From the NCBI GenBank assembly GCA_024346625.1, contig AP024665.1, positions 1,922,001 through 1,986,000 of the forward strand: a stretch of 64,000 bases of DNA, in the 5' to 3' direction. Position 1 is the first letter of the stretch. Each line of letters opens with the position of its first letter. The notes under the pieces are model-generated. The model was not told the origin of the DNA. It worked only from the letters and a program-made list of their open reading frames with translations, and made no database searches. This stretch comes from Williopsis jadinii (Eukaryota). Positions 32,801-42,330 of the stretch are shown piece by piece. The translations under genes and the position numbers were made by a program.

Positions 32801-34199
32801 CTAACCAGCAAGGACCCATGATATTTCTCTGTAGAACAAAGGACTCAAAGATATTTGCATTTGTTCCAAAGACGTGGGAAAACGTTTCACCTTCAAGATC
32901 TGGAGGAAGAGTGATTCTTGCGTTCTTTGGTGGCTGATATGGTAAAAGCATCTTCAAGTACTCCTTTTCCTTAGGAACGCCTGGGATCTCAAATGCATAC
33001 TTCTTAACTTCTGGTTTAGCTTTGAGAGATTTGAGACCAAATTTATCCATAATCAGTGGTGCAACTTCTTGATGTACATCCATGGCAGTTACTTTGACTT
33101 CGGTATCCTCGCCTTCAACTCTTCTATATTCTCGAGGAAGGAAGTACAATTCTCTGTTGAAACCTCTGATTTGAACCATACCAGAGACGAATTGTGAATC
33201 ATTTGTAAGTATCTTACCAAAAAGCAAAAGTGTGTTGTCAACCTCGGCATAGTCTGTCCAATACATTTTCATACTATCATCAGAGCCAGAGACAAGTTCT
33301 TTGTCCACTTTTTCGATGGAAGATGAAATGGTGGATGTATTAGGAGATGAAGGGAGATTTACATCACTCTCAGTGTCTGGTTTCATCTCTGAGGCCTTTG
33401 TGGCGTTCATGTTATGGGAGCGGTTGACGTTCATCGTTGATGTTCTTGGTCTCTTTACGAAAACAATTTCATCCTCAGAATCATCCTCATCGTCATCCTT
33501 TATCAATTGCTCCTTTGGCTCTGACACGTCTTCAAGTTTTGTTGGGATCTCAATCTCTGGCATTGTTGTTGTTCGCTTAGATTTTGTAGGGGAGGAATCC
33601 AGGTCAAAGGACACACTTGGAGGATCAGAAGAAAGGTCATCAAAGCTATCATCATACGCCTTGCTTTTCTTCAACGATGACTTCTTGCTGCTGCCATTGA
33701 AGAAGTTTCTACCACTGTTCATTTTGTTTGTTGAGTTGAACAGAGGCGTCTTTGAAGTTGTTCCAAAATGATTGATCTGCTTCTTTTTCGCAGGAGCAGA
33801 GAAATCATCAAGAATATCGTCAAAGTTGGTCGATGCCTTCTTCTTAGCCCCCAAAGATGTCACAGCGGATTGTTTGAAGAAGTTGTTGATTTGTGCGCTC
33901 TTCTTTACAACAGGAGCCGCTTTCTTCTTCTTCTTCGGGTTCGAAACTTCATCCTCTTCATCAGAGTACGCGTGTCTGTTCTTACTATCCCACTCATCAA
34001 CACCGGTATCAACGTATCCTTCACCGTTATCGTCAATGACGAAGTCATCCTTCAACAAATCTTCGCGTCTCTTCTCCTTGTACTGGTCCTCATCCACCAG
34101 GTCGTAGATATCTTCATGCTCTTCATCCTCGTACAAACCTTTACTAGTACCGGCGGCTCGCGCTGCCCTGAGAGCCTTGAGCTTATCAGACCTTGCCAT
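29898..34199 (-). CDS. POL1: DNA polymerase alpha catalytic subunit, 1433 aa
   Basis: B-family motifs DFNSLYPSII, KLTANSMYG, YGDTDS; N-terminal DDFVIDDNGEGYVD; two C-terminal Cys clusters. Confidence 0.98.
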   Translation of the reverse strand: MARSDKLKALRAARAAGTSKGLYEDEEHEDIYDLVDEDQYKEKRREDLLKDDFVIDDNGEGYVDTGVDEWDSKNRHAYSDEEDEVSNPKKKKKAAPVVKKSAQINNFFKQSAVTSLGAKKKASTNFDDILDDFSAPAKKKQINHFGTTSKTPLFNSTNKMNSGRNFFNGSSKKSSLKKSKAYDDSFDDLSSDPPSVSFDLDSSPTKSKRTTTMPEIEIPTKLEDVSEPKEQLIKDDDEDDSEDEIVFVKRPRTSTMNVNRSHNMNATKASEMKPDTESDVNLPSSPNTSTISSSIEKVDKELVSGSDDSMKMYWTDYAEVDNTLLLFGKILTNDSQFVSGMVQIRGFNRELYFLPREYRRVEGEDTEVKVTAMDVHQEVAPLIMDKFGLKSLKAKPEVKKYAFEIPGVPKEKEYLKMLLPYQPPKNARITLPPDLEGETFSHVFGTNANIFESFVLQRNIMGPCWLDIKGANFDSLKNTSHCKLEVSVDSPYSITPVEKSTPNFDISPPPLTVCSIAVQTMMNQKENKQEVVSVTLATFKNLPQDAPIDENLSPTELITLTRPIGISFPPGLKTIADKNKFALRSFNNEKTMLNCLTALVKLADPDVFIGHRMENISLDILMHRMHDLNVSTFSAFGRRVKKTWPERFGKNNFNSTFVIREILAGRLICDIANEMGQSLTMKCQSWDLSEMYDVVCKKKHIPLEINLSSPQYQENANSLFMALKENCTNALITAEVAFRVQILSLSKQLTNLAGNAWSHTLGGTRAGRNEYILLHEFTRNGYIVPDKETKQAKLQYQQMLQQQRAENEDGEENQLQSANKKAKYQGGLVFEPEKGLHKNYILVMDFNSLYPSIIQEFNICFTTVDRDLQNTDALPEVPSQNIKQGVLPRLLNTLVSRRREVKKLLKDPSATPVERAQYDIKQQALKLTANSMYGCLGYVNSRFYAKPLAMLVTNKGREILMDTRQLAESIGLRVVYGDTDSVMIDTGCNTFQEAIKIGEDFKLKVNERYRLLEIDIDNAFRRLLLHAKKKYAALNVTFDKAGVETHALEVKGLDMKRREYCPLSKEVSTYVLDKILNEEDSETSLNEVYAYLEDIASQVKENKIRAEKFKINTKLSKDPSAYPGGKNMPAVQVAMRLKDQGKIIKAGSVITFVITSGKEGSVAERARALTELLRKDSTLKPDPQYYLEKQILAPVERLVERIEGVDLTRLAKSLGIERHRSYQAQGHTADVFQPLESTISDAERFKQCDHLFIQCSCGVAFPFGGIVSSKDYSITFNGIQCSRCSHQFTPLQISSQLEHRIRAFISHYYEGVVICDDSTCGLTTKQISVYGKRCLNSGCKGVMRYRYSDKALYNQLLFFDSLFDVEKNKSQLLRPLYDTADKSQPDALSKGQIDALCEQNRDLFTVWRGISQKYLNDCGRRYVDIGSIFDFMN

Positions 34200-34296
34200 G
34201 TTGTGTATCGGTTACCGCTGTGTATATAAAGGTACCGCTGTGGATAAGAAATGGTGTTGTTGTGTTTTTTCGTGTTTCTTCATCTTTCCCAAACTG

Positions 34297-34350
34297 ACGC
34301 GCTCTGACGATTTTTTACGTAACGGAGAGCCGCTGCCTTTGAAAGACGCG
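34297..34350. promoter_or_regulatory. Two MCB-like ACGCG cores upstream of POL1
   Basis: ACGCG at 34297 and 34346, 100-150 bp upstream of a replication gene. Confidence 0.5.
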
Positions 34351-34594
34351 CTTAAAATTTAAGGAAGGAAAAAAAAAAAGGACACTCGCCACATATTTCC
34401 TTTTTCCTCAATGCTGTGGCTAGTGCACTGTTTCAAGGTATCTGTGGCTAAGCTTAAAAACGTTGTCAAATTTTGGGTTTTCTAGCCTGCTTTTAAGAGA
34501 TGGCTGGCAGAGAGGCGGCGAGCCAGAAAAGTTACGAGAGCTATTGCATTTTACCCTGTTTTCACATTCCACACAGTAAACCAAGGCCAAAGCT

Positions 34595-35428
34595 ATGTCA
34601 TTCAACGTCGATTTAGAATCTCAAAACAGCACTCAGGTGCCGTCCAATGAGACAAAGGCTACTGCTATCATTACAAAGGCTTCGAACCTCTTGACTGACT
34701 TTGCCAATGGGGTGAATACTCTCGAACGTCTTGTTAATCAGTTGGGTACTAAAAGAGACAGCATTTCGTTACGCAAAACCATAGAGGAGATACGAATTCC
34801 GGAACTCAACGAGTACAGACAGCAATTGGAGCATCTGACCAATGATATTTCCCATCTGATCACGAATAACTCTTTGGCTTCATCTGAAGATAAGTTTAGC
34901 GAGGAGAAGCTAAGGAATGAGTTTGAAAAGATTAAGAAGAATTTCAGTCAGATAAGGAGAAACTACACCGAAAGAAGTTCCTCGGTCATACTTCATGATA
35001 GAATGGCAAATAAGACATCGATGATGGATCAACAACAGTCAGCGTCATCCTCAGAGCTTGATGAACGTACTCCGTTGATGCGACAGCAGCAGCAACAACA
35101 GCAACAGCAATATACAGTACCACAACAAGACCTCGACCTTCACACTATTCTTGCAGAAGAGAGGGCACAGGAGATTAAGAGGATCCATACTGGAGTGGAG
35201 GAGATCAACTCCATCTACAAGCAACTTGGATTTCTGGTTCAACAACAAGGTTCCCAGATTGATACTGTTGAAAATAACATGACAAGCATTTCCCAACAGA
35301 CCCAACATGCTTCACGGGAATTGGTAAAAGCTGACAATTATCAGAAGCAAAAGAAGAAATGGAGCTGTATTATATTGTTGATACTGGTTATTGTCGTACT
35401 GATAGCTGTCCTTGCAATATTTTCATGA
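34595..35428 (+). CDS. VAM3: Vacuolar Qa-SNARE syntaxin (Vam3/Pep12 family), 277 aa
   Basis: Habc region, SNARE motif (LVQQQGSQIDTVENN), C-terminal TM, ERTPLM sorting motif; near CRC1/PIN2 like YOR106W. Confidence 0.78.
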   Translation: MSFNVDLESQNSTQVPSNETKATAIITKASNLLTDFANGVNTLERLVNQLGTKRDSISLRKTIEEIRIPELNEYRQQLEHLTNDISHLITNNSLASSEDKFSEEKLRNEFEKIKKNFSQIRRNYTERSSSVILHDRMANKTSMMDQQQSASSSELDERTPLMRQQQQQQQQQYTVPQQDLDLHTILAEERAQEIKRIHTGVEEINSIYKQLGFLVQQQGSQIDTVENNMTSISQQTQHASRELVKADNYQKQKKKWSCIILLILVIVVLIAVLAIFS

Positions 35429-35968
35429 TCTACAAGTCTGAGACTTGGTGTGCTATAATTCCCATAAGTATGATCTACATTGGCTCCAAACGTAAAAGTA
35501 TCAAACACGTTTAGTTGATAATATAATATAAGATCACGAATTAGACGACGTATTTAGTAAGACATAAAAATTAGACATCCAAGTAGCATAGATGAAGTTC
35601 GGCCGGAAAATATTCTCTTGTTGAACACCAAGGATTTGCTGTATATTAACAGACAGATCACCATTAGATGAAAGGAATATGATACCGATTACTCCCAACG
35701 TTCTCTCAAATAAGCACAAGAAGATAAGATAGAAAAATGAAATGTGGACGTGACAAAAAGAAAAGGAACAGGAAATTAGATAAAAGAAGAAATCAGACAA
35801 CACAAGAAGAACAATTCCGAAATATAAGTGGCCAGCAAGATAGCTGATAATAATGTAGTGACAAGCAGGTAAAAATTCAATGGTCCTTAATCGATAAACA
35901 CAAAATGTCAATGAGATACAACTCAGTCTCAAACAATAGAGAAGAGGTAAAGAAGTCATTACAGCAAT

Positions 35969-37720
35969 TCAACTTTTGAACCCGTTTTGGTAGTTGAAAG
36001 CAGAAGTTCTTCTTTGTCCTGGTCCTCTAACTCCCAATGGGTTCTTAGAGAATGACAACCTTATACCTCCTTTATTGGTAACCCCACCAGGTCTTGGTAA
36101 AGTTCTGCCGTATAACTCTGCCAATGCCCTTGTGGCGTATGCAATGTCTTCAAATTCAACAAAGCACATTGGTCCATGCGCATGATTGGAGGATCCAGAC
36201 CCGGATGGACCATTAGATTGTTTGGTTCTAAACGAGAGCCTTCTGAATCCACATTGAGGGGAGAACAGTTGGCGAAGTTCCGCCTCTGTGGCATCAGGAG
36301 GTAAATTACCAACGTACAGCGTATTACATGGTGGGTTTTGATCAGCTGGATTAGCAGGTGGTGGTACTCTAGCCAAGAGTGATAAGTCAACTTGTGATGA
36401 GCGATTTGATATGGTTGATGACGAAGATTGTAGCGGTTGTGATGACCCTTGGCTCTGTGAATGCTGTGATGATGAAGGTTGTTGCTGTACTATTGGTTGA
36501 GATTGTTGTTGTTGAGACTGTTGTTGAGACTGTTGTTGAGACTGTTGTGACACGGGTTGTTGTGATGACGATGATGATGAAAGCTGTTGAGAAACAGGTG
36601 CTGATTGTGGAGGTGCTCCAACTTTCCCATGTTGATTTAATCCAGGTGGCAATGCCTGTGTAGACGGCGGCAACTGAGAAGTTATTTGGTTTAATGATAA
36701 CTGCGACTGAACATGCGACGCCCCCAATTGTGAGTTCAACAATGGCGATGGGTTAGTGAAGAAAGTGGATCCCTGTTGAATTCTTCTGTCCCAGTCAACA
36801 CCTGGTGTTTGCGGTTGTGAACCTAGGTATTGAGGGGCTGCCAAAGACACAGTGGATCCCGGTTGGCTTGACGTTTGTTGCAACGCCCATGGATCTCTAA
36901 CAAACTGGTCATACTCTCTTGCATCCTGTTGTGCCTCCATCATCAACAGTGATTTTCCAGAACCATTGTGCGGTTGCTGAGTAGGCTCCACAGATTCAGA
37001 GATTGTATCATTACTGAAGGGGTCAGTGAATAAGAATCTGGATCTGTGATTCCCAATACTCGGTCTTTTCGAAGAGATCCCCAAGTTTAAGTTTGGAGGG
37101 AACCCAGCATCAGCAATTTCAGTCTTCAAATTGAAGGGATAAGTTGGACCAAATACCTGATTTGACTCCAACATTTGGGAATACGTAGATGCAGCAGCTA
37201 AACTTCTAAACTTTGCGAATATCACCGGCAAATTGTTGGAGTCTGGAGCGAGTTCAAGTCCAATGAAGTCCTTGGCAAGAGCAAAGATGCAGTAAGATTC
37301 TCTTAATGAGATATCGGAGGGGGCGTTCTTAATCTTCAATGTATATATCGAAGAATCTTGTTGATGCTGAGGCAGCTGTTGCGGCTGTTGCTGTAGCTCT
37401 GCTAACTGCTGTTGACTCTGTTGTGAATGTTGAATCTCTTGTTGTGAATGTTGATGCTGTGATGATGCTTGTTGCGATTGATGCTGTTGTTGCTGATGCT
37501 GTGATAATGATTCTTGTTGTTGTTGTTGTTGTTGCTGCTGCTGCTGAATTGCATCCATAGATAACGGTCCTCCAGATAACGACAAGCTATTCAGGTTACT
37601 GGACAGATTCACTGGTGAAGACTGCAATGATGCCCTTTTAACCGCCTCACCAAGAAGGTGTTCATCAAACGTTTCCGACACTGGTTGTAGTGTGGGAAGG
37701 TTTGTAGTATTCAAAGACAT
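35969..37720 (-). CDS. WHI3: Whi3/Whi4 polyQ RRM RNA-binding protein, 583 aa
   Basis: [26 protein letters not shown]…[10 protein letters not shown]…[16 protein letters not shown] tracts. First ATG 37720. Confidence 0.92.
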   Translation of the reverse strand: MSLNTTNLPTLQPVSETFDEHLLGEAVKRASLQSSPVNLSSNLNSLSLSGGPLSMDAIQQQQQQQQQQQESLSQHQQQQHQSQQASSQHQHSQQEIQHSQQSQQQLAELQQQPQQLPQHQQDSSIYTLKIKNAPSDISLRESYCIFALAKDFIGLELAPDSNNLPVIFAKFRSLAAASTYSQMLESNQVFGPTYPFNLKTEIADAGFPPNLNLGISSKRPSIGNHRSRFLFTDPFSNDTISESVEPTQQPHNGSGKSLLMMEAQQDAREYDQFVRDPWALQQTSSQPGSTVSLAAPQYLGSQPQTPGVDWDRRIQQGSTFFTNPSPLLNSQLGASHVQSQLSLNQITSQLPPSTQALPPGLNQHGKVGAPPQSAPVSQQLSSSSSSQQPVSQQSQQQSQQQSQQQQSQPIVQQQPSSSQHSQSQGSSQPLQSSSSTISNRSSQVDLSLLARVPPPANPADQNPPCNTLYVGNLPPDATEAELRQLFSPQCGFRRLSFRTKQSNGPSGSGSSNHAHGPMCFVEFEDIAYATRALAELYGRTLPRPGGVTNKGGIRLSFSKNPLGVRGPGQRRTSAFNYQNGFKS

Positions 37721-38088
37721 TTTGTCTTCTCTTCTAGGTGCTTCAGTATATGGCGGTGATAACAATAGAATGGCTGCTGAAGCTCTCAATGGCTAATGAT
37801 AAGCTTCTTCGTTCAATGCTTAAGAACACCACGGCGGTCTGTGTTCCTCCTTTTTTCTTCCGCTGGTTGTTGTTCTTAACCTCTCACCCTGATAAACAAA
37901 GGAACTGATAAAAAAAACAGCACCACGAACTCGAAAGCAAAATCACTGCAAACAAAAAAAGCACTTCTCTCAATCACCTCTTGTACTACAAATCCGATCC
38001 AAGGTGCTCAATTCACTTTCTCTCCGCTGGAGATATCAATGCGTTTAGCTGTTTGATGGACTTTCTTTGGAGGAGTTTAGATGAAATC

Positions 38089-38113
38089 GTTGTTGTTGTT
38101 GTTGTTGTTGTTG
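38089..38113. repeat. (GTT)n microsatellite upstream of WHI3
   Basis: About eight perfect GTT units. Confidence 0.8.
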
Positions 38114-38716
38114 TCTTTAGAGAACAGAAAAGGCCACTTAGAAAAAAACACAAACAAATGCTGACGCCACGCGTGTGTATGTGAAATGCTCTGGCAACGT
38201 TATTTCTGTTTCCGCTCGACAAACACCACCCCCGAAAAATGAAAGCAATTTTATACGGGAAAGGATGATGGTAAAAACAACGCCAGAAAGGGATAAATAT
38301 AACCGAAGTTATAGTAGAACTAATTGACTGATTGACTTTGTTGTGTCGTCTTTTCAATCGCAATGATTAATAAAGCTTGCGTTGGTCTCTACCGAAAAAT
38401 GTCTAAGAAGTTGTTTACTGTGTTTGTTTTGTTTCGTTTTTCAAGTCGCCCGTTGTAGCTTTTTGGAGGCGAGAATGCGAAAAAAGGACGAAAAAAAAAG
38501 TGGGAAATTGGAGAAATTCTCGTTGTCAGGGAAATTCAGATGTGTGTTGTGTGGGCTGGAAGTGTCTTTTCGCAAAAAAAAATTTGCATGGGAAGGCTGG
38601 GTGAGCGTGCATATTTCCCTTTTCGGGTAGTTTTTTCAACGGCAAAAGAGATAATCGTTCGGTTTGTGGTTTAGTCCGGGTAACAGGCCATATGCAAAAA
38701 GCCGTTAAAAAATATG

Positions 38717-38788
38717 CTCCGATACCGGGAGTCGAACCCGGGTCTGCTCGGTGAAAGCGAACCGTGCTAGCCGTTACACTATATCGGA
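38717..38788 (-). tRNA. tRNA-Glu (UUC)
   Basis: Reverse complement TCCGATATAGTGTAACGGCTAGCACGGTTCGCTTTCACCGAGCAGACCCGGGTTCGACTCCCGGTATCGGAG; T-run follows. Confidence 0.97.
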
Positions 38789-39066
38789 CGTGTTATGAAC
38801 GATGGTGCTGAATTTTCCTACCGGATGCTGAAAATGTGATCTTCTACACTATCTATCGTCGCCTATAAGTTACACCTTACGACACATTGATTAGTGTGAC
38901 ATGCACCGTTAGTGGAAGATAAGGCTGACAACACACACCTCTGGTTAAGCTCATGTGTATTGCATGCACCCTTTGATGCTTTACCACCTCCCTCCAATGC
39001 CATGTCTTTGTTCACGTACGCACTCCTACAGAGATCAAGCTATCCCAATAGAAATATTTAAACCTT

Positions 39067-41178
39067 TTATACAACGTATCCTCCTCTAGTTGGGTCGGAC
39101 GTGACTGCAGAGAGCGGTACATATTCACTATCGGTATCGATTAGCTTTAACACTTCTTCAATATGATTGTAAAACTTTTCGCCATAGAGCCCAGTAATAC
39201 CGGAATCTCTCAGACGTTCACGTATGCCGTACTTCGTTGGGACTCTTATAAAATAACACTTTATTCCCTTCTTCTTGTACCCATCGAGGATTTCATAAAA
39301 GATCTGAGCAGCTGATGAGTCTAGGTACGTCATTCCATTCATATCAAATAGCACATGGCTATTCATATACTCGTTCCTTAACCGTGGTGCACCAGGATGA
39401 ACTTTTGCAGACCCATAACGTTCTAGTCTTAAGAGCCTCAACTTCAGGTCAGAAGTGTTTGAAAATGTCAATGGCTCTGCGATTTTAACGATAAGACACC
39501 CTTCGATCTCTTCAAGGACATTCCCATCTTCTTCGGGCAAAGGCTCATCTGCATTCATGAAAGTACTGGTGCCTGGAATTCTACCCAAGATTTGGATTCT
39601 GGAATGACTAGAGTTTCTGATGACTCTAATTAGCGAATAGCCAACGCCAACAGCGATTCCCGCCTCCATGGAGTAGAAGATACTCACCAATACGGTGATA
39701 CAAAAGGTTAAAAGTTCGCTATAACCTTTTGCTCTCCAATGGAACATGATATCGCTTGGTGCTTCATCTAATAGCTTCAAACCAACAATAGAGGTGATCA
39801 CGGATAGTACACAGGTTGGTAAGAAACAAATGAACTTCAAAAGGCAGAATATTGTCAGTAGAGTGACACATCCCATGATCAAACCAGATAGTGTGGTCTG
39901 TGCACCACTCAATGCATTAATACGTGATCTTCCATACCCACCAAATGCAGGAAGAGCACCGATTATACCTCCAAATACGTTTATAGCACCCAATGCAACA
40001 AGCTCTCTGTTAGAGGATATTTGCAAATCGTAGATCGAACCCAGTGATTTCGACGCGGTTGTTGATTCAAAGAATCCCAATGTGGCAGCGAGAAAACTCC
40101 CTGACATGAGACTGTGGTATAAGGGTAACATCTTGGAGGTCAGAGGGTTATTATAGGTGAAGTTGTCTGTTGGGATTCTACCAACAACTTGGACGCCTAG
40201 TGATTTCCAATCATTGAGATAGCACAGTAACGTTGAAATAACCACAACAATTAAAATCTCTGGAATAAATACTAAGTATTTGTAGCCATGTGCAATGTAC
40301 CTCTTCTTCAGATGGCCGACAATAAATAAAACGAGAAATGAAGCCAGGCTGACGAGTGAAGTTGGTTTATGAACGTACTTCAAATGGCCAATCAAATAGC
40401 CAAACTTCTCGTATGGTGAGCCAAAGTGGTTTGGAATGTCTTTGCTAACAACTCTTAGCCCTAGCTCGTCAAATAGTGAGTTTATAATCATAACAAGGCC
40501 AACAGCACTGATGAATCCTCTCAGTAGAGCTCTTGAAAGCACATTGTCCAAGAACCCAAACCTACACAGTCCTGCTCCTAGGAGGTAGAATCCACCAATA
40601 CACGACATGACACTGACGAGGTCCACTGGGTCCAGGGTTTCATCATGGGCGAGTAAGGGACCCACAGCCTCGCCAACAACCAATGAAATGGCTGACTCAG
40701 GTCCAACAATCATCTGTGGCACAGAACCAAACACTGCATAGATGATAGGTGGGATTGCCAGCGAGTACAGTCCACATAGCGCTGGCACATGAGCAACAGA
40801 AGTGGCATAAGACAAAGCTAAGGGGATTTGGAACGACGCTAGCGAAAGACCAGCAACCAAGTCACCTATGAACTTTGAAAAGGTGTAACTCGGGATCCAG
40901 GAGTAGCACGGGAGATAGTACTGTAACTTCTGTGAGAAGTTGACCTCGAATTGTGACTCTGTTGAGCACGACGATGTCGAGGGGCGGTGCCGTATCTGTA
41001 TGCTCATTGGAGACTGTGACCTCTGTTTTGATGTATCTCTCAAAACAGACACCACTGTCCGAGGTCTAGAGCGGGAAACGCCAGTTGGCGACTTGAGATG
41101 GGAGTGCAGTGATTCGTAAGTCGAGGGCTTGCCTGGACTCACCAGAGGATCGCTCTCGCTTCTGTTCATGCTCGTCAT
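39067..41178 (-). CDS. SulP/SLC26 anion transporter with STAS domain (YPR003C-like), 703 aa
   Basis: GDLVAGLSLASFQIPLALSYA, PQMIVGPESAIS, SSNRELVALG, GGYGRS motifs; C-terminal STAS. Confidence 0.9.
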   Translation of the reverse strand: MTSMNRSESDPLVSPGKPSTYESLHSHLKSPTGVSRSRPRTVVSVLRDTSKQRSQSPMSIQIRHRPSTSSCSTESQFEVNFSQKLQYYLPCYSWIPSYTFSKFIGDLVAGLSLASFQIPLALSYATSVAHVPALCGLYSLAIPPIIYAVFGSVPQMIVGPESAISLVVGEAVGPLLAHDETLDPVDLVSVMSCIGGFYLLGAGLCRFGFLDNVLSRALLRGFISAVGLVMIINSLFDELGLRVVSKDIPNHFGSPYEKFGYLIGHLKYVHKPTSLVSLASFLVLFIVGHLKKRYIAHGYKYLVFIPEILIVVVISTLLCYLNDWKSLGVQVVGRIPTDNFTYNNPLTSKMLPLYHSLMSGSFLAATLGFFESTTASKSLGSIYDLQISSNRELVALGAINVFGGIIGALPAFGGYGRSRINALSGAQTTLSGLIMGCVTLLTIFCLLKFICFLPTCVLSVITSIVGLKLLDEAPSDIMFHWRAKGYSELLTFCITVLVSIFYSMEAGIAVGVGYSLIRVIRNSSHSRIQILGRIPGTSTFMNADEPLPEEDGNVLEEIEGCLIVKIAEPLTFSNTSDLKLRLLRLERYGSAKVHPGAPRLRNEYMNSHVLFDMNGMTYLDSSAAQIFYEILDGYKKKGIKCYFIRVPTKYGIRERLRDSGITGLYGEKFYNHIEEVLKLIDTDSEYVPLSAVTSDPTRGGYVV

Positions 41179-41591
41179 TTTCGGCTGTTGTTGATGCTGG
41201 TATACGTGGTAATGACTTTGTAGCTAAACTCTAAGCCATCTGTTGACCCGCTGCGTATGTATTCCTCTCTCTGTTCTGCTCTTTCCTTCTCCCTGTTTCT
41301 ATAAGCGTTTGTATTACACGCTTGAAATCATGAGCAATGCTGGTCACGGTGGTTATAAATTTGCTTAGGAAAAGGAAAAGGAAAAGGAAAAGGAGCTGAT
41401 CCAAGCCATATGTGTTAAAATTCCTGCGGGTTGATTTTTGTATGAATTCATCTTCTCAAATCCTGCAATAGCCACAGTAAAGTGTGTTTCTTTTTTCGGT
41501 ATAAACACATAGAACAATAACAAATAGGCGGATAATACTCAGTTGTGTGTGTTTTCCTATCATGGAGGCGGAATTTGAACTGTAGAGATCT

Positions 41592-41639
41592 GATAACAGA
41601 GATCACAGAGATAACAGAGATAACAGAGATCACAGAGAT
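41592..41639. repeat. 9-bp minisatellite GAT(A/C)ACAGA x5
   Basis: gataacaga gatcacaga gataacaga gataacaga gatcacaga gat. Confidence 0.85.
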
Positions 41640-42118
41640 GGTGGAATATATCTCCGCTACACAATCGGAACCACAGTTCAAAGTGATGATAATGTATACA
41701 CATATTTGCACAGAGGTGGAGCAGTTGGTCCCGAGAAGCCAACATTTCACACGTCACGTCAAGGCGATCGAACTCTCCCGGCGTGCTAAACGGTTCCAAA
41801 CTCCTTCTCTCGCACCGTTTCTCTAGAACGCTCCCTTTGCGCTCTTCCTGATGAGACTTTCAGCCCTGTGGCTGCTTTTAGCGTGTTGGTTCAACACGTG
41901 CAGTTCAATTAGTGTGCTCAGCGTCCTGGGTATCTGGGTTGCATGGTTCAATGAGTTCGGGTAAATGGACCGTACATCTACATAGTACATCTATTCGTTC
42001 AGTAGTTGAGCATAGGACGGTTCGATGTATTTGGTGGCCAGGGTTGTCAGAAATGTCCTGTTTGAAATGTCTGACATACTCTTCCAGGCAAAGCACGTTC
42101 TTTCGTTGTTTCATAATC

Positions 42119-42190
42119 GGCCGCGTGGTCTAGTGGTATGATACTCGCTTTGGGTGTGAGTGGTCCAGGGTTCAATTCCCTGCTCGGCCC
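42119..42190 (+). tRNA. tRNA-Pro (UGG), intronless
   Basis: GGCCGCGTGGTCTAGTGGTATGATACTCGCTTTGGGTGTGAGTGGTCCAGGGTTCAATTCCCTGCTCGGCCC followed by T8. Confidence 0.96.
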
Positions 42191-42330
42191 TTTTTTTTGC
42201 AACTTGGGGAAATATGGTCACGTGATCACGTTTTAAAGAACTCGAATGTTGTCACTATGTATATATGATCCTTTAGTTCTACCAGGCACTACAACTCTTT
42301 GAACAACCTATCTAACTCATCATCGTCATC

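Noticed and set aside
29898..34199. Intein or insertion in POL1
   Set aside because: Normal length, contiguous motifs, no splice-junction residues.
41448..41826. ORFs with ISVISV/EITEIT repeats
   Set aside because: Translations of the 9-bp minisatellite; non-ATG or unsupported starts.
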